DNA of 64,000 bases from Ascidiella aspersa (Eukaryota), in the NCBI GenBank assembly GCA_963924565.1, contig OZ004614.1, forward strand, positions 23,126,001 through 23,190,000. Direction: 5' to 3'. Shown piece by piece: positions 36,701 to 47,392 of this stretch. Both the position numbers and the translations under genes were made by a program. The notes below the pieces were generated by a model. That model did not search any database and was not told where the DNA came from. It worked only from the letters and a program-made list of their open reading frames with translations. Position 1 is the first letter of the stretch, and the number at the start of each line of letters is the position of its first letter.

Positions 36701-39128
36701 TAGCTACAACTACTGCGCGGTATATACGGTTTCCACAAGCTATCAAAGAAACCTACTCTGCACTCTAAGCGTGCAGAAGCAGCAGTAGTTGTAGCTACAG
36801 TTGCGCCAAGCCGAATGAGCCGTTGTACGGCAGTGATCAGTGCTTCATGCGCCTTCTAGGAATCACGAGGCCCCGGGCTGGCGGCCGTCTTCGTCGCTTG
36901 GCCGGCGGTTTCTCATCACCGGGGAAAGCGCGTAAGGTGATTAAAGCACTCGGAAGAGATCGAGAGATCACCGCTTCCAGTGAAACGACTTGATGTGATG
37001 GCCGGTGCTGGTTGGGGATTAGACGAATTAGCGGCCGGTGGTCAATTTTGTTGCTTTATTGCCGGTGTAACTGCTAGTGCTGATGCTAAGAAGAAAGACG
37101 ATCAACACTGCGGAATAGCGTTGTACGATACTCTCGATTTTTTTTTCGGATACCGATACCCGATATTTTGGACGAAAAGTATCGGCCCGACACCGAAATT
37201 ACGTCTTTTTTATCCTAATATTTAAAATTCTAAATTTCAAAACGTTAAAAGCACTTTATTTAGGTTATTAGGCTCAAATTTACTTTAACGTTACGAAGTG
37301 TACCTCCAGTTGTTAGGCAAATTTTTTGGACGTTCAAATCGAAATTTTTCTGACATTTTTTGACATTTATAACTTTAAACTATCTACAGCTTCTTTTAGT
37401 CCACTCTTGACACTTTAGATTGCTTGATAGAGTCACATGTCTCTTCTTCTAACAGCGCGGCGTTAGTTCGTGTCGCAAAACATCAGCAACTTATTAAACT
37501 GGAAGCATCGCATTCCAGATAGCAGCATTTCGACAGGAACACCCACGTTCCGGGCAACCAATACACGTCACACAACACGCAAACAGATAAGACAGTGACG
37601 CACAAACCCTTATCGCATACTGGCATCTGCCCAGCGTCCCACAACAGGTAGAAACGCCGGTCTAATACAATGTAATTACCCCTGGTGCGTATAAACGCAC
37701 ACGGAACACAATAGGCGACACATGTGTCGCTAATAAGAGCAACAGAGATGGGCGACATATGTGCCGCGTGTCGCGAGCGGAGACAGCGCGCTTTTAATCC
37801 CGAATTTAAAGCGACACCCTTCCGGCTTTATTGGGTATTTGAACCTGTTAATAAGCGTGAACTCACAGATAAGAAGGCAATAAAAAAACGAGCAAGTGAC
37901 ATCTACTTTTGTATGGGCTTAGATATTCTTACTACGACTTACTGAAACCTCCAACTATTATGCTCCAAAGGTTAAAAATATTTTAATTTAGAGCATTATA
38001 TTTGTTCAAAGTTTAACAATTTTTACCAAAATTCTCCACACATTTTGATCAGTGAATAAAAAAATTAGCAGATCTGAATATCTCTAAAAAACCTCCCCTA
38101 AAAGCGGGGGAAGATACAAATATCTATGGTTCATATGTATATATAGATATCTATATTTACAGGTCTGTCCCAAAGGGACCAGTAGACTGACAAGCGTCCA
38201 TATATGAGCGCCAACAAATTAGCGCAGTCCCCCGTTGGTTTTCACCGGCTGCCTAAAGCGCATATTAAAGATGCGATACTAGACATAGTATTATCCTTGC
38301 CTTAAACCCGCCCAGCCAGCAAAACGCAAACAAACTAGCACGAAGAGTTTGCGCAGAAACGGTGTAAGGCCTAATCGCCGCAAACACAGACGAAACATCA
38401 GCGACGGGTAAGATTGCGCCAAGATGTTTGCGGGGAACCTTCAGCCCACTGAGATAAACAACTGGTCGGTGCTGATAACACGTGGCCTACGGGTGTAGTG
38501 ATGAGCATTTAAATTCCGGAGCCGCTTGAAGAGATATAGCAGGGTTGGCAAGTGAATTTATGAACAAAATGCAAAGATTTTTCCACGAAGATAATGATTT
38601 GCAAAGACAAAAAAGATCAAGTAGATCGACAAATCATTACTTATAAAGGTGGGACGCAATTGTTATTGGACGCAAATTGTTATCGCCTACTCGAAGTTTT
38701 TGGCTTTACAATTTATTATCAAGCTAGGTTACAGATCCGTGCATTAAGTGTATAAAAGAAGAGTTAAATATTTTTGAAAACCTAAAATGGATCGCTCGAC
38801 GTTTTTTGAATATAATTGAGAAACAAAACAGTGCAAATACCAATTAAGAGGTTAAAATGTAAGCTCTATATAAAAAACTTCTCACGGATAGATTGTACAA
38901 AACACAAAACGACTTAAACTCAGCCAAACAATTCAAAAAAGCATGCCACAGACATATCTCAATATTCAAGTTGTAACGGGCGGTATACCACCCAGATGTA
39001 ATCGATGTTATATCACCCTTCTGTAATCGAAGGTTACCTGAAGATTCGGTGTCGGTGTAGCTGGTGTTGGCCTTGCGGTCCCTCATAACTGGACCTGCAG
39101 TGGTTTCGGCCCTCATACCGCAAAACAT
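523..39128 (-). CDS. TENM: Teneurin (Ten-m/Odz), spliced 5' portion: join of 39038-39128, 30548-30910, 25805-25935, 25126-25277, 12726-13084, 10800-10904, 10032-10210, 4576-4822, 4117-4218, 3447-3644, 2849-3049, 523-711; continues beyond window start
   Basis: All junctions are GT-AG with matching phases (1,1,0,2,1,1,0,1,1,1,1,1) and no stops. Architecture is a ~340-aa intracellular domain, one TM helix, an Ig-like region and tenascin-type EGF repeats, with Cys3 missing in EGF2 and EGF5. Confidence 0.93.
768..1562 (-). promoter_or_regulatory. AG-exclusion zone with distant branch point (TATTAAC, A at ~1557) and polypyrimidine tract (~1495-1556)
   Basis: No CT on the + strand (AG on the sense strand) between 767 and 1563 despite ~55 C residues; ~60-nt pyrimidine tract immediately after TATTAAC. 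Confidence 0.8.
1669..1680 (-). CDS. Candidate 12-nt microexon between EGF5 and EGF6 (V-I-S-L)
   Basis: ttttttatattttgaccttggcatgtaacag|TCATTTCTCTGA|gtgagg; frame-preserving in the phase-1 intron. Confidence 0.5.
   Translation of the reverse strand, partial: SFL
2660..2786 (+). mobile_element. Penelope-like relic: minimal hammerhead motif (2697-2741) inside a ~33-bp inverted repeat
   Basis: acc-CTGACGA-A-ggcgac...gttacc-GGAA-CG-TT-ggt; arms aaaaaacagctcctccggtaat / attaccagaggagctgtttttt. Confidence 0.6.
2849..3049 (-). CDS. TENM: Teneurin exon: EGF4-EGF5 (DCLEPTCSGHG...CSGRGIFDKVSSKCVCYPGWGGSDCRT)
   Basis: 201 nt, phase 1-1; ttttttcag acceptor, gtaagt donor; EGF5 has Phe in place of the third Cys. 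Confidence 0.95.
3447..3644 (-). CDS. TENM: Teneurin exon: EGF2-EGF3 (VSCSIHCRGNGVYAHGKCVC...GFKGISCEE)
   Basis: 198 nt, phase 1-1; tctcaccag acceptor, gtgagt donor; EGF2 has Tyr in place of the third Cys. Not in the ORF track in this frame. Confidence 0.95.
3860..4020. mobile_element. Inverted pair of the same hammerhead-bearing repeat, degenerate
   Basis: Minus copy ttgacctgataagcacggttgcgcgaaagcttgt (3871-3905); plus copy taacctaaagaaggacggttgtgcgaaagcttgtc (~3980-4015). Confidence 0.65.
4117..4218 (-). CDS. TENM: Teneurin exon: EGF1 ([33 protein letters not shown])
   Basis: 102 nt, phase 1-1; tgtttgttgcag acceptor, gtaatt donor. Confidence 0.95.
4576..4822 (-). CDS. TENM: Teneurin exon: Ig-like region with RKRR furin motif (FNFFERIDAD...VNTGFMEYMEPGTWHLAVFNDG)
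   Basis: 247 nt, phase 0-1; ttttcacttccag acceptor, gtcagc donor; resembles the teneurin '[20 protein letters not shown]' motif. Confidence 0.94.
10032..10210 (-). CDS. TENM: Teneurin exon: Ig-like region (PIQVLQFRRTSPFEVAPGAFRWMQIYVEEP...VYGRKGLRPSHTK)
   Basis: 179 nt, phase 1-0; tctctag acceptor, AAG|gtgggc donor; resembles the teneurin 'VPPGVFW..Q...LKFN.SL...A..GVYGRKGLPPSHTQ' motif. Confidence 0.94.
10800..10904 (-). CDS. TENM: Teneurin exon: juxtamembrane extracellular linker (LFNSSTTVIEVDDPLLCGS...KQG)
   Basis: 105 nt, phase 1-1, open; ctttaaag acceptor, GAG|gtaaag donor; occupies the position of the post-TM 'GLNW' linker exon. Confidence 0.8.
12296..12486 (+). mobile_element. tRNA-derived SINE-like element (copy 1)
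   Basis: B-box ggtcgtgagttcgaacctc followed by agttgttttct and 3' gggcttgatcacag, shared with the copy at 16240. Confidence 0.6.
12726..13084 (-). CDS. TENM: Teneurin exon: end of intracellular domain plus transmembrane helix (FWRRCSWRCAAVSFIVLSLLLGVALLAFLL)
   Basis: 359 nt, phase 2-1; ttttttccatcaccacag acceptor, gtgagt donor; the CSW(K/R)C motif before the hydrophobic helix is typical of teneurins. Confidence 0.93.
13300..13445. repeat. Degenerate ~21-bp tandem repeat (gggtcaaaaatgggtaaac..)
   Basis: Recurring gggtca / gggtaaa units. Confidence 0.7.
15667..15935. repeat. 26-bp minisatellite, ~10 copies (ataaaattagcccccgaatgtgggtg)
   Basis: Exact 26-bp period at 15841, 15867 and 15893; degenerate toward the 5' side. 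Confidence 0.95.
16205..16410 (+). mobile_element. tRNA-derived SINE-like element (copy 2)
   Basis: ggaggtcgtgagttcgaacctc B-box; 3' ggggctagatcacag. Confidence 0.6.
23076..23332. mobile_element. Non-autonomous hAT-type MITE, degenerate
   Basis: cagtgtttctcaacc 5' end, degenerate 3' TIR, TSD cattaaag / cattaaac. Confidence 0.75.
25126..25277 (-). CDS. TENM: Teneurin intracellular-domain exon (TPSSVMTSRVAAPLTPETDQYDP...GTDSDR)
   Basis: 152 nt, phase 0-2; ccccgttttag acceptor, AG|gttagt donor; GC-rich island in AT-rich intron; phases fit both neighbours. Confidence 0.85.
25805..25935 (-). CDS. TENM: Teneurin intracellular-domain exon (ATSSSNDPRHHPGLP...SLYSQQ)
   Basis: 131 nt, phase 1-0; tttttcaccccag acceptor, CAG|gtaaaa donor. 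Confidence 0.85.
26031..26191. repeat. Long imperfect palindrome (foldback MITE-like)
   Basis: tttgtttggatgttacatga ... tcatgtaacatccaaacaaa, with arms extending ~65 bp each side. Confidence 0.8.
30548..30910 (-). CDS. TENM: Teneurin intracellular-domain exon (ISSSDTHRSSVRYEP...SSESDLDDDD...GNLLVPKS)
   Basis: 363 nt, open, phase 1-1; aatccag acceptor, CCG|gtgagt donor; acidic and Ser-rich with PxxP. Confidence 0.85.
31017..31306. mobile_element. Degenerate hAT-like MITE (CGGCCCGCG subterminal motifs)
   Basis: atccggcccgcgg and ttcggcccgcga motifs; 3' end aaagttaggcgatcctg; TSD unclear. Confidence 0.5.
31389..31391 (-). CDS. Candidate 3-nt microexon (TTT)
   Basis: gccttgttttcgtgcatcccag|TTT|gtatgt; TGC near the 3'ss. 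Confidence 0.35.
31528..31530 (-). CDS. Candidate 3-nt microexon (AAA)
   Basis: tgttgtttttgatatgttttgcctctag|AAA|gtgagt; TGC near the 3'ss; ~110-nt AG-free UG/pyrimidine-rich upstream zone. Confidence 0.45.
31794..31931 (-). CDS. Candidate cassette exon in teneurin intracellular domain (DLKEFHFLAGNTKGCRLYEIQSS...RRHR)
   Basis: 138 nt, phase 1-1, open; tgtccgtgtgtccgccag acceptor, GAG|gtactc donor (moderate). Confidence 0.5.
33452..33850 (-). CDS. Candidate teneurin cassette or alternative first exon (133 codons, ELSLSAGVPCLP...APPAPLQ)
   Basis: GC-rich 399-nt open frame; ttcctag acceptor in phase 1, AAG|gtgata donor in phase 1; in-frame ATG at 33719; TATAAATA at 33991-33998 upstream. Confidence 0.55.
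33991..33998 (-). promoter_or_regulatory. Candidate TATA box (TATAAATA) upstream of the 33452-33850 exon
   Basis: Consensus match ~140 nt upstream of the GC-rich open frame; no other support. Confidence 0.3.
35405..35585. repeat. 20-bp minisatellite, ~8 copies (cgacattatttttcaatttg)
   Basis: Exact copies at 35461, 35481 and 35501. Confidence 0.95.
36428..36858. repeat. Local direct duplication with an inverted internal copy
   Basis: 36428-36572 repeated at 36716-36858; reverse-complement segment at ~36649-36716. Confidence 0.85.
39038..39128 (-). CDS. TENM: Probable first coding segment of teneurin (MFCGMRAETTAGPVMRDRKANTSYTDTESS); exon probably starts at 39316
   Basis: ATG with an in-frame TGA upstream; CAG|gtaacc donor in phase 1; strong acceptor ctttttcccgctccattgcag at 39317. 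Confidence 0.6.
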
Positions 39129-41194
39129 AGGCGCTGGAGTCGCAATCTTGTGCCGTTGTCAATGGACTCAATGCTAATAAAGGTAGTCCAAAAATCGCAC
39201 AGAAAACTGCTGTCCGTAGGCGTTGATATTCCACACGGCATAGACGTATTTTTCTCTAGGTTTTGCACCAGTTTTCAGTGTTTTACAGAGTTAACGATAC
39301 ACAAGGAGTAATATGGCTGCAATGGAGCGGGAAAAAGTGTGGTTTAATGAGACAGCTCGATGACTGATAGACCAGGCTGGATTAGCCGTTCGCGTTCGCA
39401 AAAGACCTTACAGGATTACACACAACACCAAACTCAAGTAGTGCTGGTATTTGGGTATGTGGAATGCTCTGCGTGTTTCGACGGATTACCAGGCTATTTT
39501 AAGACTACATAATAGACTGAATTTACTTGTCTAAACATTTTCGGAACAGAATTGGGTAGTCTAGAAACAACATTTCTAAAGTATTTGATACACATGAATC
39601 CTTATTAAACACTCTTCAAACTTCGAAAACAGTAACTAAACACAATTCGTGTTCAGCATAGATACAAGTTCACCATTGGTTTGTTTTTAACCGTCATTTG
39701 CAGGAAAAAACAAGTACCTTCGAACTCAATTTCGTTTAAATTCTTTGTAAAGATTTTTTTGTCCTATGAAAAGTTTTTTTACCTATATGTAAACATTTTT
39801 TTTGCCCATGTAAAATTTTATTACAACTAGAAGTTCCCGTTTTACATGTCCGAACAACTGGTATCACAACCTCGCCAACGCCCTGAGCAACATTCCTTCG
39901 AGTTAAACGCCTTGATGTGCGGCATTCTAGTTGTTTGATATCGCTTGCACCGGGCGCGAACCTTAGCCGGCTGGGCAACGTTTTGCTGAAGGCCGCGCCA
40001 GGTGCGCACTTGCAAATACAACAACAGGATTAATGAAAGCGAATCCTGAAACGTTAGAATTGCGCGCAAGAAATTACGCCTTAGCATTACGCAACGTTTT
40101 GAAAACATAAGGTTGATATTAGGATGATACAGTTTAAAGCGAGTTTATTTTAGGTTGTTCGAAATAGGAATGGGGCCGATCCGATTCGAAATTAAACGTA
40201 GAGATTTATCCATTTAAAGCAGAATTTTCGAGAAAATATTACATCAAAAGCCAAAGACAGGCTTTCGTTTAATTTTACTTATCAATTTAATCAAAATCGT
40301 TAATTTAAACACACAAATGACGTAATTTGGCATCGGATCAGGGTAATTTCGCAAAAAATATCGGGTATCGGAAAAACTACCAAGTATCGGACATTCTTAG
40401 GTAGCAATTTAAAACGGTCGCTTTTCACTGCGGAAGCGAAAAAATAAACTGTTAATTATATTATCAGAGCTGTGTTGTGTTTACAACTGCGAGCGGATTA
40501 TAACGGCTCCGACACGAACCTATCTCGCCGCAATACATTCACGCTTAATACCGTTGGCTGTTTGCAGTTAACACGCGGCAAAGAAATACCGTTATGCGCA
40601 GTTCGCTGGCCTCTACAGAAACGCAGTTTTTTTCTCAAGACGTTCCCGGATTTAGAAATAGCTCAAGGCCTAATCCCCGCGCGGCCTTTTGCTGACATTC
40701 GCCCAGTTTTTTGGCCGGATTCGCTTCGTTTACGATCGCGCCTGTTTGGCAAACAAACTTCGGGCGAATTTGAGCGGATCGCGGATTAATCCGGGTCCGT
40801 GTGGTGGGCTAAAAATAGCGGGGCCCGGGAGCCGTTCGGTTCCTTGTCGGGGCGAAAAGGGCAAACGCGGACCGTCGGGGAAGAAATGTGTAGCAAAAAT
40901 GTGTACTCCTTGCTAAATTAACTCTTAATGGACAGTTACAGTTTGTAAACTTTCCAAACCGTATTAACACGTAGCGAGAAATAAAGCCTAGAGAGAAGTA
41001 AGTAGCATTTTTAAACGTTTCGAATAACGATATTGAAACCTTATAAAAATATATATTCGAAGCGTTTAAAATGACGCCTACTTCTATATGGGCTGTGATA
41101 TTCTTACTACGTCTTACTACATTTTCCAGCTATTAAGCTACAAAAGTGTTGTTGCTGCAAAGTTTCCCACAGAGCCGACTCAGCAAAATAAACT

Positions 41195-41640
41195 GACCAC
41201 AGTATAGTTTAAACTGACCCCGTATAAATGTCAACCGGCCCTCGTAATAGCTTGATTCTTTAGCAGCAGCTCTATCCAATCTCTATCACTAGTATCTGAC
41301 TGCGAACTTGCCCGGAGAGCTGACTAAGCACAATAAAACGTATTCATTATAGTTCAGCATGACCTTGTAGAAATATATACAGGCCCTTGTAACACTTTGA
41401 TTCAATAGCAGCGTCCATATTCAATCTCTATCGCTTTTTCAGGTGACGGTAAAGCTGCCCAAGAACCAAATTAGAAAAACAACAGCAAAACGTACACATT
41501 ATAGTTCAGTATAACCTCGTATAAAGCTAAACCGGCCCTGATAACACTTGGATCCCCAACATCGGTTCTATTCAATCTCTTTCGCTACTATAGCTGACTG
41601 TGAAGTTGCCCAAGAGCCAACTCAGCAAAACAACAGTAAG
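41195..41640. repeat. Degenerate ~148-bp tandem repeat, 3 copies
   Basis: Recurring ggccc..taacacttg..caatctctatcgcta..gcccaaga..ttatagttcag blocks at ~41235, 41381 and 41531. Confidence 0.75.
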
Positions 41641-44600
41641 CCCTGCTATTCCACGAAGCCAGTCGACCGCCCTACAGTGTTTACGTTCCTCTATTGCAGC
41701 GACCCTTGGCCGCAGACAGACAGGACGACTGCAGGGAAGCAGCAGCAGAACGCCCTGTGTTTATTCTTTGGAGCAGCGCCGATGGGATTACACTGGAATT
41801 CGAGTGGGATTGGCTAGAAGCTCACTGCGCAATCAACGAGGCTATGTTTGTTTGGTTTTCGTTTTTTGCGTTGTTTTTTTACAGGGTTTGTTGATATTGG
41901 TAATTGACCTAATTTGATCGTGACGAAAAAATGTCAGCGGTGATTTTTTCTCGACATCCCACTGACGAGATGACGTCATTAAATCGATGACGCATTCTTT
42001 ATTGATTTTCGAGAAATGGCAATGTGCTTGTTTATGTATCGCATAGTTAAGTAAAAATGTTAAAAATTTAGCTCCGAGGATGACCTGCTTAATGTTTTAG
42101 GATTTTCCTAAACCCTCTTACAAAATGACGTCCTTAAACTGATGATGAAGTGTAAATTCTCAAGTGTCTTTTTTAAGAATCGGACAGTTAAGTAAGAAAA
42201 ACGTTTACAACTAAAGTCTTACACTAGTAGCTCTGGAAATGGCTTGCCTACATCAAAAACGAAAATACAAGGAATGATCCATTTTTTTGGCAAAAATTAC
42301 ATTACAAATTTTCCGGGCTTTAACCGTCGGTGATATCTTACACGACCCTCCGCAAAGCGTGCCGAATAAAGCCGGTTTGCGACCAACTGCAAGTAATAGA
42401 GGCTGCATGCGGGGGGTTACGACCCTTGAGCGCGCAAATCCGGTTTGATTTATCCCCTCAATTGTCGAGCGCTTGGCTCTCGAGTCTCAAGCCTTCACGG
42501 GGTTAAATGCGGCTTTGATGCTGCACCTTAATGGGCCTTTAATCCGCCTTGCGAAGACAGGGCTGCGTTTGGATCTAATGCAGCAGCAGCAGAGTCCGTG
42601 AGGCCGTCAGGGCTTTTAATAAGCCAGCAGCGGTTGCGCAAAGTTAAGCCGCTGGCCCGTGGGGATTACCAGGGCGCACTGGGACCGCGGTTTAAAGTGT
42701 ACAGGGATTGAAATCCCTTCGCCAGTCGTGAGACGTTTTATTGCGATGCAATTCGGTTTGTCCGATACTTTTGGCGTTTCGATCCGCAACCGATAAACGA
42801 TATTTTGCGACAAGAAAGTATCGTGATCAGATCCCGATACCAGTGACGTCATAGCTATGGCCAAGTAAAAACTATTGAATTAAAACGTAAAAAGACTATT
42901 TGCTCAGGTTATAATGTCAAAATTTGATTCCAATGACGTAATTCGTTGACGCACTGATGATGGCATAAGCACTTGCAGAAACGTTTGCAAATAAAAAAAT
43001 GAATCTTTTATCATTTGTTTGGGCCACTCTCTTTCTACTGAAGATTATGAACAGATCCGTGTTTAGTGTTCCTAATGACGTAATTACTATGCCCAAAAGA
43101 AACAAAAAGATTGAATTTAAACGTTCAAAGAAAAATTTCTATGGTTACTAAGTAAAAATAGCTTTAGTTTTAAGAAGTTTAAACATCATTGAAAGTAAAT
43201 CGCCGCATTGGATGCAAATCATGACTAAAATTCCCATATTGATTTGGTATCGGATCGGCACCGATACCACCCAAGTATCGGACGATTACCGATACTACCA
43301 CTTGGCTTCGGATATCGGCTGCAATCCGACACAATTATGGGGCATCTAGATGCAATTACATATCGCTACTGTTGCGAGACGCCGCAGTCTTCGTTGCTGC
43401 TGCTGTTTTTTGTTGACGTCTGCAATTAGCGCCGCGCGTCTTGGCGGCGAGACAATTAATCGTCTGTTTGCGTAACAATGGCAGACGCGAAGCCCCTCCC
43501 CCCGAATCTGGTTGGCGCCATTCATTAGATCACCCCCTCCCTAAGATATTAGCATTAAAACGCTGACAACGGCGCGGTTGGATTCCTTTCACTTGCACAA
43601 AGTTAAGTCTGCTGCTAAAATGGACATTTGCAATTTGGACGTTTAGATCCATATGGGAGATGCTGAAATATACCAACGCCTTCGAGTCTCGAGTCTCGAG
43701 TCCTTAACCAATACGCAGGGAATATTTTTAAATCACAGTCTAGCATGATCTAAGACTGTTTATAAAAACAGAAAAAAACATACAGTCATCTTTAAAATTT
43801 ACAGAAATAATGATTTTATGTTTTATTTGTTTTTATATACAGTCTTAGATCATCTAATACGAAAACAAGAATCTTTCTTTTACATATGGTCTGCGGGAGA
43901 TTCCTTACTTCCTAGAGTGTTTCAGCTTTCACAGTCTAGCATATTTCCCGAGGTCGTAATTTCGATTTTACCTTCATTGCACAAATATCCAGGTTGGCAT
44001 ATTTTTTGAGTAACTGGTGAATTGCGAACTTATTGGTTATAACATTTATAGGCAAAAATTCACACTGTCAGGATAATCTGCTTTACCGAGTCATCAAAAA
44101 AGTTAGCAAAAAGCCTCGATCTAAAAACGTTCTGGTATGGCGTAACACGTTTTCAGCGTTATCTACTTTACGTTTGATTGAAGCGAACGATTTTATCGCA
44201 AGCACAGAAAAAAAATCGTTGGATAAATAGCGCAGACCAACAAAATATTCGTTATATCTGCTTACGGTTCTAATGCGACTAGCGATTTTATCGACTGGAC
44301 AAAAATGTTAATTCTCCTGCCCCTTATTTCGCGCCTCGTTTTTCAAATTCGAGCGTGGAATTCCGAAAAATCTCGCCGGTGCCGATAGGATCTGGCGACA
44401 ACGCGGCTTGGTGTTATGAGTGGGGGGAGGGGGGCCTAATGCATTTTAAGTAGTGGCAAAAAATATTGAGTTGTTAAATCAGCGTAATTATGACTTGAAG
44501 TAAGTGAATGGCGTGCTTAAAAAATATATTAAGAAATAAGTTACAAAAAAAATCTAGTGTTTTGGACAAAGTAACTTGATTAAATTAATTTGACACTTGA

Positions 44601-47226
44601 TTAGATTTAGATTTGGATTTGGAGTCGTTTCTGCATTTTTTTTTAATTAACAAACTACCTAATGCATTTGAATATGGTGGCAAAAAATATTGAAGTTGTT
44701 AAATCACGTATTAAGAAACGTTTTTTAATGACCCGGCTTGAATTCAGTGTTTTTCGACAAAGTAATTTGTTTTTACTAATTAAACAAATGACTGGAGATT
44801 AACAATGTAGTTAATTAATTTTACTTTTCATTTTAACGTGGTGAACACCTAAAAACAGTTTCCCTTATTTGTTTATTTGTTGGTATTCGCTGTGCTAAAT
44901 GAATAGATGGTAGAATTGGATAAAAAATCTATCAGTTTTCTTAGGAACGCTAAACACGGATCTGCTCATAATCTTTAGTAGAAAAAGAGTGCAAATAAAA
45001 TAATAAATATTTTGTCATTTATTTGGGCCACTCTTTTTCTACACAAGGTTATCAGTTTTCTGTTTAGTTTTTGAAGCAAAATTACTCGGACTTGACTTGC
45101 TGTTTATTAAAAACAATATGACTCGAACCGAAGTGATTTCGTGACTTACTATAAGAAGGATAAAGTCAGCCAGGTTACATGGACTGTACCCGGGCTCTTA
45201 ATCGCATTTGCGGCTGTTGATTGTCGTCCAGCCTTGGAAAAACGTGAGCGATTTAAATGCTCGCGTCGTTTGATGTTCAGCTTTAGCGAGATTAAAGTCG
45301 CTTGCGTCTCGCGTTAATGGAACTGCAGAGGATTTTCGGAGGTCAGCGGCTTCATTTTAGATTTGCCAGCGTATAATGGTTAAGCTGTTTATGTTGTTGG
45401 CGGAAAATCATTCTGGGTGATTTACGCTTTGTAAAGTAGTAAAGCCGTTGTACCTTAAAAGGCCCTTTGCGAACTTCGTTTTGGTGTGCAGATGTTCAAA
45501 AATTAAGATCATTATTATAAACAGAATCTAAGAATAGCCGCATTCAAGAGAAAATTGCGACACACCTTAAATGCATTTCTGTCGTCTTGTCTATCTGTTT
45601 TAATCGTTAAAAGAAACGCACGGTTAAAGCGTCGTTTGGTTTCCACGAGGTTTTAAAATATCAAGCGTACGAATAAAACGTGAAATTCATTAACCGCTAG
45701 ACGGCGCCGGTGAGACGTATACGGCGAATAAGCGACGCGTCGTTGCTTGTTTAGCCGAGCGGAGAAAAAACGTCCAAACAGCAACAAACAAAGCGGGGCG
45801 ACCACGACAGCGTTCGAATCGCGCGAGATTTGCGATTGCGGCCTTCTAAAGCCGCCCAGCGCTTGCAACTATATCGTTTTTCGGCTTCGGTTGTTTGTTG
45901 TCGAAATGTCGGAATGAGCGAGCGAGTCGGGAAAGAATCTCTCGCTCTAATGTCGTATTTACGCGGCCGGAGAAGGTTTTTTTTCTGGGCGCAAGAGCTC
46001 AGCTCGCGTTTGGCAAACAAACACGAAGTCGGGTCTGGCGGAAAATGTTGCGCGTTTAAAGGTTGAACAGCTGGAAAACCGACAAGGCCACTCTCGGATT
46101 GAAAAAGTGTTTACGGCGGCACAATTAAGGCGAGCGAGTGATTGCATATCATATCACACAACCGATTAAGTATATGACCTTCTCATATTTTGCCCCAAAT
46201 TAGTACACTTGCTAAACACCCAAAACCCCAAAAAGCCTAAAATCGATCGACACTTTAAAAGCACAAGTAGTGACCTATTAATTATACTCATCCAGTGGCA
46301 AATTATTCTCAACTATAATGAGAATTCAATTGTGGTCCAACTCTTAGGGTAAATGGATCGAGTGTATTTTAAACTTATTTTAGAGGAAGTGTTCCCTAAG
46401 CATTTGCTAAGCAATATCACAACTTTTACTACAACTGCAAACAGACTGAAGCTAGCTCACAACCATATAAGGCCTGGTGTACTGGGATTTCAACTAAAAA
46501 ACTGAAGCTGCTTACATCTTAGAACACTGTTACAGTGGACTAGCAATGTTAGAATTGAGAGGAGACATTTTCTTAGTATGTTAAAATAGTTATATATATA
46601 TATATTTTTTTTTTAAGATTCCTTTGAATTAAGATATACTGACGATGATGCCACTGTCAGCGAAATATATATTTAGCTTTTTTAAAAGATTTATTTGAAT
46701 TAGGATATACTGGGCCTACACATGGGTGGTAACTTTACAGTTAACCGCCAGATTCCATTAATAACCGACAAATTGGCTTGTTGCCCCTGCGCCTGACACT
46801 GCTGTGTGTAAAAGACATGCGGGATTAGGCTAGAAAGACCTAATTGCGTCTGCAACAGAGACGAAAAGTGCCCCGGAGCCAGCTGCCCTGTATCCAGTTG
46901 CAAATCCCCTTGTCAGAGCTCTTTCCCTTTTAAAAGGCTCGCACCAGCGGCATCTGTACGCCGACTGCGATATTCCTGGTTGTTTTGTTTTATTGTGCGG
47001 ACGACAATTGGTTAGAAGTTACTTGTTGCTTCGGGGGACCCGCTGTGGACAGACGGGGCGATGTTTGTTGTCGCGGTTTGAGTAAATAAGGCGCCTGGGT
47101 GACAGTGAAGTGCTTATGCGACTGTGGCGCTTTGGTTTGTTCGGCAGGAGTGGGCGCAACTATTAAAAAAGTCGATTTGAACTAGTGGGGAATAACTTTT
47201 AAGGGCTGTATGAAAGCTGATATGAG

Positions 47227-47392
47227 GTAGTAAGAATAGTAAAGCCCATATAGAAGTAGGTAGCATTTTGAACGTTTCGAATAACTCTTTAGTTGAAAAT
47301 GAATGAAAAGATATTCGAAACCTTTCCAAAATGTTACCTACTTCTGTATGGGCTTTGATATTCTTACTAACGTCTTACTGCAACCTCCAACA
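47227..47392. mobile_element. Palindromic dispersed repeat family A (best copy); other copies ~5600-5810, 6165-6260, 10345-10505, 19255-19370, 28590-28700, 29885-30165, 32760-32915, 37900-37970, 40980-41140, 52225-52330, 59815-59950, 63895-64000
   Basis: Arms aaagcccatatagaagtaggtagcattttgaacgtttcgaata / tattcgaaacgttcaaaatgctacctacttctatatgggctttgatattcttactacgtc recur at about 13 loci. Confidence 0.85.

Noticed and set aside
39034-39234. ORF with signal-peptide-like N-terminus (MEYQRLRTAVFCAIFGLPLLAL...)
   Set aside because: Starts at GTG, and its donor phase (2) does not fit the downstream exon; teneurins have no signal peptide.
46690-46980. Possible conserved enhancer-like blocks (also 56490-56720)
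   Set aside because: Only a compositional impression; cannot be supported without cross-species alignment.
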